DNA of 64,000 nucleotides from an uncultured Pseudomonadales bacterium (GCA_949372755.1 CASIBO010000008.1:33162-97161), one strand, 5' to 3'. Shown: positions 1-10,367, counted from the first letter of the stretch. A program made the numbers and translations. The notes: generated from the letters alone by a model not told the origin.

Positions 1-58
1 TGAAGGGAAGCGCCGGCGTGGCCTAAACAAGTAGCGGGCCGGCGTTCGTAATGGTTGG

Positions 59-379
59 CTAGTACTGGAACTCAGGAAGATTAATGACGATGCCCGTGAG
101 CTCATCGCTCATATCGATCTGACAGCTGAGTCGTGAATTGGGCTCTCGGTCTGGGTTGAGATCGAGCATTGATTCTTCTGTTTCAGAAATGGCGCCGAGT
201 TTTGATAACCAATCACCGTCAACGAGCACGTGGCAGGTTGCGCACGAACACTCACCACCGCAGTCAGCATCAATGCCAGGGACCAAGTTGCTGGTCGCGA
301 TGACCATTAAGCTATCGCCGTTGTTGCCTTCAACCACGTGCTCGGTACCATTGTGTTCAATAAACTTAACGCTGGGCAT
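59..379 (-). CDS. [2Fe-2S] ferredoxin, adrenodoxin/putidaredoxin type
   Basis: 106 aa. The Cys pattern CGGECSCATCHV...LSCQ is typical of adrenodoxin-like ferredoxins. It sits directly downstream of a ferredoxin reductase. Confidence 0.9.
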   Translation of the reverse strand: MPSVKFIEHNGTEHVVEGNNGDSLMVIATSNLVPGIDADCGGECSCATCHVLVDGDWLSKLGAISETEESMLDLNPDREPNSRLSCQIDMSDELTGIVINLPEFQY

Positions 380-482
380 GTCACACTCCGTTTCTACAGT
401 TTTAAGATGGGGCTGATTATTCGATAGTTCCGATTAAAAGTATAGTCATCCATAAAGGATTTTAACCCTGCGCCCAGAAGCG

Positions 483-1694
483 TTAGGCGCTGGGCAGCAG
501 TGACTTCAGGTCAATGTCTGGGTTGGCTAAATCATCGGCGGCAACAGAATGCCCAAAGAGCTGCTTTGCAACCATAAACTCTTTCGGGCTGTTGACCGCA
601 TCGACCGCAACCACTTTACCGTCATGCAAATAAAACTGTGCAAATTGTAAGGTCTCTGGGTTACCTCGAAGCACGGAAGCATCGCCGTCGGCCGAAAATC
701 CCAGCATTTGAAGTTTTAGCTCATATTGATCCGACCAAAACCAGGGTACCGCCGCATAGGCTTTGTCGCCGCCGAGCATGTTGGCAGCGGCGGTGCGGGC
801 TTGCTCCATGGCATTCGGTACCGATTCCAGGCGTAACCTTCGGCCAAGTATGGGATTGGGATGATTGGTGCAGTCGCCCGCGGCATAGATGTCCGGGTGA
901 GAGGTTTGGCAGTGATCATTAACCGTAATGCCATTGTCACAGGCTAAACCGGCATCCAAGGCGAGCTGAATGTTCGGCATAATGCCGATGCCGACAATCA
1001 CGAGATCTGCTTCGATTTCGGCATCGCCGCACTGAACGTGGGTAACGCCTTGATCCGTGCCGCGAAAACCACTGCAGCCGGTTTCGGTATGAATCTTCAC
1101 CCCACGGCCTTCATGCAGTTGATGATAAAATGCGCTCATGAAGGGGGTTGTGACGCGTTGAAGAATGCGCGCTTCCATTTCGAGCACGTCCACAGATAAG
1201 CCAGCAGAGACAGCGACCGAGGCCACTTCGAGTCCAATATAGCCGCCGCCAACAATGCACAACCGTTTGGCATTTGCCATTTGGGCGCGGATTGCGTCGA
1301 CATCCGCCACGGTGCGCAGGTAGTGAATCCCGTTTAAGTCGCTACCTGGAATCGACAGTTTTCGGGGTGTACTGCCGGTTGCGATCAGTAGTTTGTCAAA
1401 ATCAAATGTGCTGTCCGCGGTGGTCACCGTTTTTTGGTCAGGATCAATCGCCGTCACGCTTGTGCCAAGATGAACTTCGACGTCTCGGTCGGCATAAAAC
1501 TTTTCAGGCCGAACCAGGAGTTTCTCTGCTGTCACGGCGCCGGAGAGATACGCTTTCGACAGAGGCGGGCGCTGATAGGGCAGGGTGGATTCCTCGCCAA
1601 TGAGTACGATTTTCCCGTCAAAGCCTTCTTGACGTAAGCTCGCGACGGCTTGGCCGGCCGCTTGGCCACCGCCAATAATTACCATTTGAGTCAT
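483..1694 (-). CDS. FAD-dependent ferredoxin-NAD(P)+ reductase (putidaredoxin-reductase-like)
   Basis: Rossmann motifs MVIIGGGQAAGQ and CIVGGGYIGLE, plus AAGDC. I placed the start at the ATG at 1694 (MTQMVIIGGG) rather than the ORF-track start at 1862, whose Arg/Pro-rich extension looks non-coding. Confidence 0.88.
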   Translation of the reverse strand: MTQMVIIGGGQAAGQAVASLRQEGFDGKIVLIGEESTLPYQRPPLSKAYLSGAVTAEKLLVRPEKFYADRDVEVHLGTSVTAIDPDQKTVTTADSTFDFDKLLIATGSTPRKLSIPGSDLNGIHYLRTVADVDAIRAQMANAKRLCIVGGGYIGLEVASVAVSAGLSVDVLEMEARILQRVTTPFMSAFYHQLHEGRGVKIHTETGCSGFRGTDQGVTHVQCGDAEIEADLVIVGIGIMPNIQLALDAGLACDNGITVNDHCQTSHPDIYAAGDCTNHPNPILGRRLRLESVPNAMEQARTAAANMLGGDKAYAAVPWFWSDQYELKLQMLGFSADGDASVLRGNPETLQFAQFYLHDGKVVAVDAVNSPKEFMVAKQLFGHSVAADDLANPDIDLKSLLPSA

Positions 1695-1926
1695 GTAATC
1701 CGCTCCTGGACAGTTTCTGCAATCGCGAAGGATAACACGCCCTGAAGGCCTGTGTCGGGGGGCAAGAGCCAGGCTTAAACCCGCCGCGGCGTAATAGGGT
1801 CTTTCACCAGATATTTGGCGAAGGTAAGGCAACGATTGGGGCGCGCCTGTCCTTACAGTCATCGATTTGACTGCCCGAGACGCCTTGCGCGCGTTATGAT
1901 TCAGCCTTGAGCAAGGCCAGGCCTGT

Positions 1927-2979
1927 ATGAATATTCTCTTGTTATCGCCCTATGATGCGGTGAGTCACCAGTACTGGCGCCGACAACTCACCGCGGGGTT
2001 TCCGGCGCACCACTTTGAGGTTGTGACACTACCAGCCCGGTACTTTGGCTGGCGTGTTCGCGGCAACGCAATGACCTTAGCCGATCGCTTAACGGTAGAT
2101 CAGGTTGCGCAGGCGGATCTTGTGCTCGCGACTTCGATGACAGACCTTGCAACCTTAAAAGGGCTGGTGCCAGCAATTGCAGGGGTGCCCTGCATTTTAT
2201 ATTTTCATGAAAACCAGTTTGCATTTCCCAGCCGTCAGGCGAGTGACCGGGACGTGGCCGCGCAATTGACGAGTATTTACAGCGCGCTTGCCGCGACCCA
2301 GCTGGTCTTTAATTCGGTTTTTAATCGAGATACTTTTTTTGCGGGTGCAAAAGCCTTGCTGAGAAAAATGCCGGATGGTGTCCCCGCTGGAGTGCTTGAG
2401 CTGCAGGAGTTGAATGCCCTCGTCCTGCCAGTGCCACTGCCCGACCCGCTCTTCACTAGGACGCCGAGCGTGAGGCGTCCGGACATTGTTTGGAATCATC
2501 GTTGGGAACACGATAAGGGTCCAGAGCGGCTCTTGGAAATTGTCCAGGCCTATGTTGCGTCCGGACTGCCCGGTAAATTCCACCTGGTGGGTCAGCAGTT
2601 TCGGACGGTACCACCGGCGATCAGTGAAGCGATCGCGCTGCTGACGGCGCACCAATTGCTGGGAGCGCTAGGATACATCGAAAGCCTTGCGGAGTATCAC
2701 GCGCTCTTAGCCCAAAGCGAGTTTGTCTTATCAACGGCGGATCATGAGTTTCAAGGTTTGGCTGTGATGGAGGCGATGGCGCTGGGCTGTCTGCCGGTGG
2801 TCCCTGACGCCTTGGTTTATCCTGAATATGTCCCGGCAGAAAGTCGCTATACAACGGCTGCCGAGGCTGTGCAGCGCTTTTCGCACCCAGCTCGCTACGC
2901 GCCCAGCGATTGCGTGGCCCCAATGGCGCTTCAGGCTCAGACCGAATCTTGGCGGGATTTGTTTTTAAGATCGGTGTAA
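1927..2979 (+). CDS. DUF3524-type glycosyltransferase (family of tRNA-queuosine mannosyltransferase-like GT4 enzymes)
   Basis: The N-terminus MNILLLSPYDAVSHQYWRRQL...FHENQFAFP...NHRWEHDKGPE matches my recollection of DUF3524 fused to a GT1/GT4 C-terminal domain. Confidence 0.7.
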   Translation: MNILLLSPYDAVSHQYWRRQLTAGFPAHHFEVVTLPARYFGWRVRGNAMTLADRLTVDQVAQADLVLATSMTDLATLKGLVPAIAGVPCILYFHENQFAFPSRQASDRDVAAQLTSIYSALAATQLVFNSVFNRDTFFAGAKALLRKMPDGVPAGVLELQELNALVLPVPLPDPLFTRTPSVRRPDIVWNHRWEHDKGPERLLEIVQAYVASGLPGKFHLVGQQFRTVPPAISEAIALLTAHQLLGALGYIESLAEYHALLAQSEFVLSTADHEFQGLAVMEAMALGCLPVVPDALVYPEYVPAESRYTTAAEAVQRFSHPARYAPSDCVAPMALQAQTESWRDLFLRSV

Positions 2980-3073
2980 GCCCGCGCCGCGCAACCCCCT
3001 TATGCCAGTAAGGCATGCCGCAAAAACCTTTGTTGCACAATCTTGTCTAGCAGGTGCCTGATGAGCCGGCGGG

Positions 3074-6010
3074 CTAAGCGGTAATGATGACCCGAATGGC
3101 ATCCAGGCGCGGCGAGACCTGATCTAAAAAAGATAAACCGGCCGCGCGTTTTTCTAGGGTCTGATCGACCTCTTCTTGTGACACTGCCGGATTATGTCGG
3201 GCTAAATGAGCAAGCCGATCATGGGCCGCCTCCTGACGCGCGTTGAAGGTTTTGCCCGCCGCTTGTATCTCAATCATGGTTTGCGCCTCAGCCAAGGTAC
3301 CGGCGAACTGCAGCATGGATTCGATCTGAGCGCGCTGCAATCCAATGAGCTTTGCTAAGGGCTCGGGTTTAGCAGGTAGCGCATCAAGCAGGGGGTCAAA
3401 GTCAAAGCGAGGCGTCAGATCAATTGGACCTGGCGCAATGATAAAGCGTAAGAACGGTTGTTCGAGATGCTGCTGGAGCTCCAAGCTAGGGGGCGCGGCG
3501 CAGTCTAGGCGGTATAGACATTCAACCAATAGGGTGCCGGCGGGTAGCGCGGGTCGTTTAATGAGGCTGACACACGCATTCCCGATTTGATCGGATAACA
3601 TTCGGTCGAGCGCTTGGTTTACGAGGGGATGCTCCCAAGTTAGAAACTGTACATCTTCTCTGGCCAGTGCGGTTGCACGATCGAGTGTGTAGGCAATCCC
3701 TTCTTCGGCTATTTCCGGGTATTGCAGGTGACCTTGAGACTCCGCGCTCACGGTGCTGCGGGTTTGAAGCAGGGCCGTTGGCTTGACCAGCTGAACCTGA
3801 CTCGACAAAGGCTCGAGTTCGAGTCCAAAGAAGCTGAAGGAATCACTCAGGTAATTCGACAGGGGTTTTTGCGCCTCTGCGTCAGATAGCGCTTGGGTAA
3901 TTCGGTCGCCATCCAAAGCGTCAAAGCTTGCGAACTCGAGTAATAAATCCCGTCCTTGCTCAAGTTTGGTTTGCAGGGTGGTCACCAATTGTTGGGTTTC
4001 GCTGATCAGTTTTTCCAGCGCCGTTTGATCGGTTGCTAGGGGAAATTGGTGCCGGAGTTGTTGATGCGCCTCGGCGCCGGCGGGATTCGGCGCGCGAAAC
4101 AAATCCAAACCGCGATGAAACCAGGCGAACCGGCGGGCAAGTTCAGAGTCTTGAGGGCAAGGAATGTGAATGGTCACGGGCTCGATCTGACCAATTCGGT
4201 CCAATCGTCCGATCCGTTGTTCGATCAGATCGGCTTGATCTGGCAGGTCAAACATGACGAGCTGGTGGGCGAATTGAAAATTACGGCCCTCTGAGCCTAT
4301 CTCTGAACAGACGAGCACTTGAGCCCCTTGATCGGGATCCGCGAAATACGCCGCTGAACGATCTCGCGCAATCAGGTCAAGGCCTTCATGAAAACAGCTG
4401 CTCTTGAGGCCAAGGCCAAGTCTTAGGTGTTTTTCAACCATCAGGGCTGACGCGGCGGTATGACAAATCACCAAGAACTTATCCGAGCTGCTGCCAATCA
4501 ATTGACCGAGCCAGTTCAGTCTCGGGTCAGTTGCCGTAATCCCGCTCGAATCAAAGCCGTCGCTGCCGGCAGGCAAGCTGGGTAGTTCAGCCGGTCGGAC
4601 CCGACGCTCGGTCAGACCCAAAACCTGGGCCCGACGGTTGCGAAACATCGCTTGGGCAGGACCATAGTGATCGAGTAATTGATGCAGTAAGGCGGCATCG
4701 CTGAGGGTGTTGGGGGCATTAAGGCGTCCGGCCAGAGCATCCCGTGCTGCCGGTGAGGCGGCAGTATCGGCCTGCCAAGTTTGAATCAAGTCGGCAAGTT
4801 CTGTGTAACGGGCTTGTTCGAGGAGAAAGTCGTCGAAGCGGTTGAAGCGAATTGGGTCGAGTAATTGCAGTCGACCAAAATGACCCTCAAGACCAAATTG
4901 CTCGGGTGTGGCGGACAGCAATAAAAGGCCGCGGGCCTGTTGGGCTAATTCGCTGGCCGCAAGGTAGGCGTCGCTCGGGGCCGCTTGCGTCCACTGCAGG
5001 TGATGTGCTTCATCGATAATGATCAGGTCCCAGGGGCAGGCTAGGGCTTGCTCAAGCCGCGAAGGATGATCCAAAAAGAGATCCAAGGTGCTGATGACCA
5101 GCTGTTGGGCCTCGAAGGGATTGAGCGCCGATGCGTTGATCGGCGCGTCTTCCGGTTTTGCCTCAGGCTGCTGCCTGGATTGTGTCGCCGGCGGTAAGCC
5201 GTGCTCAGCTGATAACGGATCGTCTGCTGTCGTATCTTCATTGATCGGTCCAAAGGCATCCTCTGCCGCTGGATCGTCGCTCCTGGATCGATTTTGGTCC
5301 TCAATTGCCGCACAACGAGCATCGTCGAGCACCGTAAATTCAAGATTAAATCGCCGGATCATCTCAACCAGCCATTGCACCTTCAAGGGTTCGGGCACCA
5401 GGATCATGACCCGTGATCCGCGTCCGGTTTGGAGCATTTGGGTCAGCACCAAACCGGCTTCAATGGTTTTGCCTAAACCCACTTCGTCGGCTAGCAGCGC
5501 CCGGGGCGTTTCCCGCTGGGCCAGTTGGTGGGCGATATAGAGCTGGTGTGGCAAAAGCGCGGTTCTAGGGCCAAGTAAGCCTCGAAAGGGTTGCTGGGCG
5601 AGTCTTGCCGCCTGTTTGAGGCTCTGATGTCGCAAATTAAAGGCCTCATTCGGATCGATTTGATTGAGAAATAATCGATCTTGGGGCTTACTAAATTGTA
5701 GCGTGGCGTCCAGTTCTGTTTCAGGAAGGTCTACCGGCCCGCTTGGGGCGTGATAACGATAAAAGAGCAAGCCATCGACCTCAAAACTGGCCTGAACCTC
5801 GAAGCGAGCGCCAGCACGGGTTCTAAGGGTATCGCCTTCATGGAACCGGGCGCGCACAAGAGGCGCATCCGCTTTGGCGTATTGCCGATTGGTTTCAGCG
5901 GCTGCAAAGGCGCACGTGACGGTTCGATGGTCGGTTTCCAATATTAGACCAAGGCCCAATTCGGGCTCGCTGCGACTGACCCAACGCTGCCCTGGTTTAA
6001 ATTCTTCCAT
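3074..6010 (-). CDS. rapA: RNA polymerase-associated SNF2-family ATPase RapA (HepA)
   Basis: 978 aa. RapA-like N-terminus (FKPGQRWVS..EPELGLG) and helicase motifs LLADEVGLGKT, DEAHHL and QRIGRLDRIGQ. Confidence 0.9.
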   Translation of the reverse strand: MEEFKPGQRWVSRSEPELGLGLILETDHRTVTCAFAAAETNRQYAKADAPLVRARFHEGDTLRTRAGARFEVQASFEVDGLLFYRYHAPSGPVDLPETELDATLQFSKPQDRLFLNQIDPNEAFNLRHQSLKQAARLAQQPFRGLLGPRTALLPHQLYIAHQLAQRETPRALLADEVGLGKTIEAGLVLTQMLQTGRGSRVMILVPEPLKVQWLVEMIRRFNLEFTVLDDARCAAIEDQNRSRSDDPAAEDAFGPINEDTTADDPLSAEHGLPPATQSRQQPEAKPEDAPINASALNPFEAQQLVISTLDLFLDHPSRLEQALACPWDLIIIDEAHHLQWTQAAPSDAYLAASELAQQARGLLLLSATPEQFGLEGHFGRLQLLDPIRFNRFDDFLLEQARYTELADLIQTWQADTAASPAARDALAGRLNAPNTLSDAALLHQLLDHYGPAQAMFRNRRAQVLGLTERRVRPAELPSLPAGSDGFDSSGITATDPRLNWLGQLIGSSSDKFLVICHTAASALMVEKHLRLGLGLKSSCFHEGLDLIARDRSAAYFADPDQGAQVLVCSEIGSEGRNFQFAHQLVMFDLPDQADLIEQRIGRLDRIGQIEPVTIHIPCPQDSELARRFAWFHRGLDLFRAPNPAGAEAHQQLRHQFPLATDQTALEKLISETQQLVTTLQTKLEQGRDLLLEFASFDALDGDRITQALSDAEAQKPLSNYLSDSFSFFGLELEPLSSQVQLVKPTALLQTRSTVSAESQGHLQYPEIAEEGIAYTLDRATALAREDVQFLTWEHPLVNQALDRMLSDQIGNACVSLIKRPALPAGTLLVECLYRLDCAAPPSLELQQHLEQPFLRFIIAPGPIDLTPRFDFDPLLDALPAKPEPLAKLIGLQRAQIESMLQFAGTLAEAQTMIEIQAAGKTFNARQEAAHDRLAHLARHNPAVSQEEVDQTLEKRAAGLSFLDQVSPRLDAIRVIITA

Positions 6011-6047
6011 GCTTCGGTAATACTCCGGGAGTTAAAAAAGATCGAGG

Positions 6048-6353
6048 ATGACTATGAACGACCAAACTCAAGTTGAGATCGAAGCGCAAGCGTTTAGACG
6101 GTTACTTGCGCATTTAGACGAGCACAAAGCGGTTCAAAATATCGATTTGATGAACCTGGCGGGGTTCTGTCGAAACTGTTTGAGCAAGTGGTATCGCACA
6201 GCGGCTGAGGATAAAGGAATCGCTTTGGATTATGAAGCGGCGCGTGAGCGAATTTATGGCATGCCCTATGCCGATTGGAAGGCGTTGTACCAGACGCCGG
6301 CAAGCGGGGAACAAAGCGCTGCGTTTGATGCGAAAACCAGTGATCCGACCTAA
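6048..6353 (+). CDS. DUF1244 domain protein
   Basis: 101 aa with the FRRLLAHL....NIDLMNLAGFCRNCLSKWY signature. Its 3' end overlaps the convergent thyA by 4 nt. Confidence 0.75.
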   Translation: MTMNDQTQVEIEAQAFRRLLAHLDEHKAVQNIDLMNLAGFCRNCLSKWYRTAAEDKGIALDYEAARERIYGMPYADWKALYQTPASGEQSAAFDAKTSDPT

Positions 6354-7189
6354 ACTGCCATTTTGGCCTTGATGGCGGCGTGGCTTTCATAGTGCGCAAG
6401 CGTGAGGTCTGCCAGTTCAAAATCATCGATTGTGGTCTGCCCCCGGTCTTTAATGACAAGAGTCGGGCTGGGCAGCGGCGCACGTTGGAGTTGCGCCTTC
6501 ACCTGCTCGACGGCATCGAGATAGATGTGTGCATTGCCAATGGTGTGAATGAACTCGCCGGCGACGAGTCCCGTTACCTTCGCAACCAAATGTAATAGCA
6601 GCGCATAGGAGGCAATGTTGAACGGCACACCCAGGAACATATCCGCCGAGCGCTGATACATCTGTAATGACAGGGTGTTGCCGGCGACAAAAAACTGGAA
6701 AAAGTTATGGCAGGGCGGTAACGCGACCTGATCAGGATCAATCTCGGCAGGATTCCAAGCATTCACAATAATACGCCGGGAATTCGGGTTGTGTCGGATC
6801 AGTTCAATAGCATCGGCGAGTTGGTCGATTACGCGGCCAGAAGGCGATTGCCAAGCCCGCCATTGAACGCCGTAGACGCGCCCCATGTCGCCATCGTTCT
6901 CGGTCAACCCGAGACGCGCTAAATAGTCCGCATAGTTTGCGTCCCAAATTTTATTTTGGGGATATACTTTTTTGAGGTCATCGATCTTGCTTGAGCCCGA
7001 AATAAACCACAAAAGCTCGGAGGCCATCACCTTCCAGGCTAATTTCTTTGTGGTCACAGCGGGGAACCCATCTCGCAGGTCATAGCGCGCGTGCAGCCCA
7101 AAATAGCTGAGTGTCCCAACACCGGTGCGGTCATCGCACTGGGTGCCATGCTCTAGTACTTGCTTGAGCTGTTGAAGATAAGTCTGCAT
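6350..7189 (-). CDS. thyA: thymidylate synthase
   Basis: 279 aa with DRTGVGT, LPPCH..FQFFV and a conserved C-terminus. This is the long ThyA form. Confidence 0.95.
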   Translation of the reverse strand: MQTYLQQLKQVLEHGTQCDDRTGVGTLSYFGLHARYDLRDGFPAVTTKKLAWKVMASELLWFISGSSKIDDLKKVYPQNKIWDANYADYLARLGLTENDGDMGRVYGVQWRAWQSPSGRVIDQLADAIELIRHNPNSRRIIVNAWNPAEIDPDQVALPPCHNFFQFFVAGNTLSLQMYQRSADMFLGVPFNIASYALLLHLVAKVTGLVAGEFIHTIGNAHIYLDAVEQVKAQLQRAPLPSPTLVIKDRGQTTIDDFELADLTLAHYESHAAIKAKMAV

Positions 7190-7212
7190 GAGTTTGCGTT
7201 ACGGTGGGGCGC

Positions 7213-7881
7213 TTAGCCGCACTTAGAATCTCCGCAGTTGAGGCAGGTCATGCAGCCATCCATCATGACCATCGCGGTCGTCAGGCATTTCTGGCAAAGC
7301 TGTGCGCCTGGCGGGAATGCGTTTGACTCAGTTTCGGCTGGCTCAACGCCTTCGGCTTGCGCGCGCTTTTCATTCATCATCGCGACGTGCTCACTCGACA
7401 ACGCTTGGTCCTTGATAAGGCCAATCCTGCGCATATGACGATCCAACACTTCTCCGATCTCGGCGACAAGTGACGGCATAAACCGGCCGCCTTTTTTGAA
7501 ATACCCGCCCTGTGGATCAAAGACCTGCTTAAGCTCCTCAACCATAAAGGTCGCATCGCCCCCCTTTCGGAAAACCGCTGAGATCACCCGCGTCAGCGCA
7601 AGGATCCATTGGAACTGATCCATGTTCTTGGAATTGATAAAGATCTCGAACGGCACTTCTTGCTCGTGTTCTGTACCGCTATTGAGCACCATATTGTTAA
7701 TCGTGATGTACATCGCGTGATCAGACAGCGGTGTTTTGATCTTATAGGTATAGCCTTTGAGCTCGTCCGGTCGCTGCACTTCTTCGTGCATGGTTTCTCG
7801 GGTGGGAGCAACTTTCGCGATCGGCTCATCTTTCTTTTTAATCGAAAAGCCGATGATATTCTTAGAGATTTTAACAGCCAT
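7213..7881 (-). CDS. nrdJ: class II (adenosylcobalamin-dependent) ribonucleotide reductase, small C-terminal fragment NrdJb
   Basis: 222 aa that continues the RNR sequence after NrdJa. The Cys-rich tail is CQKCLTTAMVMMDGCMTCLNCGDSKCG. The split resembles the NrdJa/NrdJb arrangement known in Pseudomonas. Confidence 0.85.
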   Translation of the reverse strand: MAVKISKNIIGFSIKKKDEPIAKVAPTRETMHEEVQRPDELKGYTYKIKTPLSDHAMYITINNMVLNSGTEHEQEVPFEIFINSKNMDQFQWILALTRVISAVFRKGGDATFMVEELKQVFDPQGGYFKKGGRFMPSLVAEIGEVLDRHMRRIGLIKDQALSSEHVAMMNEKRAQAEGVEPAETESNAFPPGAQLCQKCLTTAMVMMDGCMTCLNCGDSKCG

Positions 7882-8011
7882 TTTCGTCCTCTACAGTCAT
7901 TGAGTGGCTCTGATTTGGGCGCCACTGTGGTGATCCTATGCCAATTGTCCACGTGCACCTACGGCAAGGGTTTATGCCATTAAACCCAGGCCTTCAGCGC
8001 ATGCCGTTATC

Positions 8012-10174
8012 TTAAAATTTCCCGTAGTAACCTTCTTTCATTGCGTCAAAAAGGTTTGCGGCAGAATGGAGTTCACCGTCGTATTCGATTTCCTCGTTGC
8101 CCTTGAGTTCAACCACTTCGCCATCATCGAGCTCGAATTGATAGGTTGTGTTTTCAAGGTCTTGCTCTTTCACCAAGACGCCTTGAAACGCTTCGGGGTT
8201 AAACCGAAAGGTCGTGCAACCCTTAAGGCCCTGCTCGTACGCGTACAGGTAGATGTGCTTAAAGTCCTCATAAGGGTACTCGGTCGGCACATTCGCTGTT
8301 TTCGAAATGCTGGAGTCGATCCACTTTTGCGCAGCAGCCTGAATATCCACATGCTGAATCGGGGAGATGTCGTCGGCCGTAATAAAGTAGTCAGGCAGTT
8401 GGTGGTCCGGATTATCGGTGTAGGGCGCCGCATCCGGATTGACCATTGCGTTATAGGCCAATAACTCGAAAGAGAAGACGTCGACTTTTTCTTTCGACTT
8501 CTTCCCTTCGCGAATAACGTTGCGCGCGTAGTGATGGGCAAAGCTGGGCTCAATGCCATTACTGGCGTTGTTGGCTAGCGATAGGCTGATGGTCCCGGTT
8601 GGGGCAATTGAGCTGTGGTGCGTGAAACGACAACCGTGCTCGGTGAGCGCCTCAATCAAGCCAGTGTCCTCAGTGGCAATTTTTTGCATGTAACGAGAAT
8701 ACTTCGCGTGGAGCACGCGCCCAGGCAATTTATCGCCAAGCTTGATGCCGTCTTCGACCATCTCGGGTCGCAATCGCAGCATTTCGCCGGTGACCTCGAA
8801 GATCTCATCCATAATTGGGGCGGCGCCTTTTTCCTTCGCCAATTCGAGCCCGGTTTGCCAGCCCACGAGAGCGAGTTCCTTGGTTACGCGCTCGGTGAAG
8901 GCAACCGATGCGGGATCCCCATAGCTCATGCCCATCATGGTGATGGCAGAACCAAGCCCTAAGTAACCCATGCCATGCCGACGTTTACGTTCAATTTCAT
9001 GGCGCTGTTCCGGCAGCGGAAGACCATTTATTTCAACCACGTTATCCAGCATACGGGTAAAAATAGCGACGGCTTCACGGAAGGTCTCCCAATCGAAGTC
9101 AGCGTCTCCGTTAAAGGGTCGTTCAACAAAGCGGGTCAGGTTGACCGAGCCAAGCAGGCAACTGCCGTAAGGCGGCAGTGGTTGCTCACCGCAAGGATTG
9201 GTTGCACGAATATTTTCGCAAAACCAGTTGTTGTTCATCTCATTGACCTTGTCGATCAATATAAAACCCGGTTCCGCAAAATCATAGGTCGAGGCCATGA
9301 TCATGTCCCAGAGGCGCTGGGCTTTTACGGTCTTGCTGACTTTACAGGCAACAAGGCCCGCATCATTGGTGACGTACTTTGCTTTTGCTGGAAACTCGCG
9401 CCAGAGTACTTGCGAGGGATCATCCAAATCCAATTGATCTGATTCAAGTTCGCTTTGCGTGATCGGGAACGATAAGGCCCAATCGGTATCGTTTTTAACC
9501 GCTTCCATAAATTCAGCGGTGATCAGCAGGGATAAATTAAATTGACGGAGTCTTCCGTCTTCGCGTTTGGCTTTGATGAAGTCCATTACATCGGGGTGAC
9601 CGATTTCGAAGGTTGCCATTTGCGCGCCTCGTCGCCCCCCAGCGGACGAGACGGTAAAGCAGGTCTTGTCATAAATATCCATGAAAGACAGAGGCCCTGA
9701 CGTGTAGGCGCCGGCGCCCGACACGTAGGCGCCTTTGGGGCGCAAGGTCGAAAATTCATAGCCAATGCCGCAGCCCGCTTTTAAAGTGAGTCCCGCTTCA
9801 AGATTCTTTTGCAGAATATCTTCCATGGAATCAGAAATAATGCCGGAGACCGTGCAGTTAATCGTTGATGTGGCTGGTTTGTGCGCCTGGGCACCGGCGT
9901 TTGAGGTGATCCTACCTGCAGGGATGACACCATGACGCAGCGCCCACAGGAATTTCTCATACCAGTCTTGGCGGATGTCTTTCGCTTCGACTTCAACCAA
10001 GGCTTTTGCCACCCGTTGATAGGTTTGATCGATATTTTCATCGATGCGCTCGCCTTGTTTACTCTTTAAACAGTATTTGTTCTCCCAGATGTCGAGTGAG
10101 GTTGGCTGAAGCTTGATTTCGTTCACGTTAGCGGGAATGGCTTTGAGATCAGTTTTTTGGGCTGTGGAATCCAT
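8012..10174 (-). CDS. nrdJ: class II ribonucleotide reductase, large fragment NrdJa
   Basis: 720 aa with RNR active-site motifs (NPCGEQPL, STINCTV, SIAPTGT). Confidence 0.92.
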   Translation of the reverse strand: MDSTAQKTDLKAIPANVNEIKLQPTSLDIWENKYCLKSKQGERIDENIDQTYQRVAKALVEVEAKDIRQDWYEKFLWALRHGVIPAGRITSNAGAQAHKPATSTINCTVSGIISDSMEDILQKNLEAGLTLKAGCGIGYEFSTLRPKGAYVSGAGAYTSGPLSFMDIYDKTCFTVSSAGGRRGAQMATFEIGHPDVMDFIKAKREDGRLRQFNLSLLITAEFMEAVKNDTDWALSFPITQSELESDQLDLDDPSQVLWREFPAKAKYVTNDAGLVACKVSKTVKAQRLWDMIMASTYDFAEPGFILIDKVNEMNNNWFCENIRATNPCGEQPLPPYGSCLLGSVNLTRFVERPFNGDADFDWETFREAVAIFTRMLDNVVEINGLPLPEQRHEIERKRRHGMGYLGLGSAITMMGMSYGDPASVAFTERVTKELALVGWQTGLELAKEKGAAPIMDEIFEVTGEMLRLRPEMVEDGIKLGDKLPGRVLHAKYSRYMQKIATEDTGLIEALTEHGCRFTHHSSIAPTGTISLSLANNASNGIEPSFAHHYARNVIREGKKSKEKVDVFSFELLAYNAMVNPDAAPYTDNPDHQLPDYFITADDISPIQHVDIQAAAQKWIDSSISKTANVPTEYPYEDFKHIYLYAYEQGLKGCTTFRFNPEAFQGVLVKEQDLENTTYQFELDDGEVVELKGNEEIEYDGELHSAANLFDAMKEGYYGKF

Positions 10175-10316
10175 ATGTCAATATTGCCTCTCATCAGTTG
10201 ATGGTAATGGGTCGTTGTTCTGTCTAAGGCCTGTCGCAGGCCGGTCTTCAATTTGTTTGACCAAAGCGGTTTGCCTGCCGCGATGGGATCGCTCATAAAA
10301 TCGAGCGTCCTTTACT

Positions 10317-10367
10317 TCAATGCTCTGTGTACCAAAAGTGCTCTGTGTCCAAAAGTGCTCTGTGTCA
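10317..10367 (-). repeat. three tandem 17-bp direct repeats in the nrdJ 5' leader
   Basis: The minus strand reads ACACAGAGCACTTTTGG twice, followed by a degenerate third copy. Read directly from the sequence. Confidence 0.8.

Noticed and set aside
1695-1862. N-terminal 56-aa extension of the ferredoxin reductase ORF.
   Set aside because: The extension is Arg/Pro/Ala-rich and has no homology signal. The canonical Rossmann fold begins right after the internal ATG at 1694.
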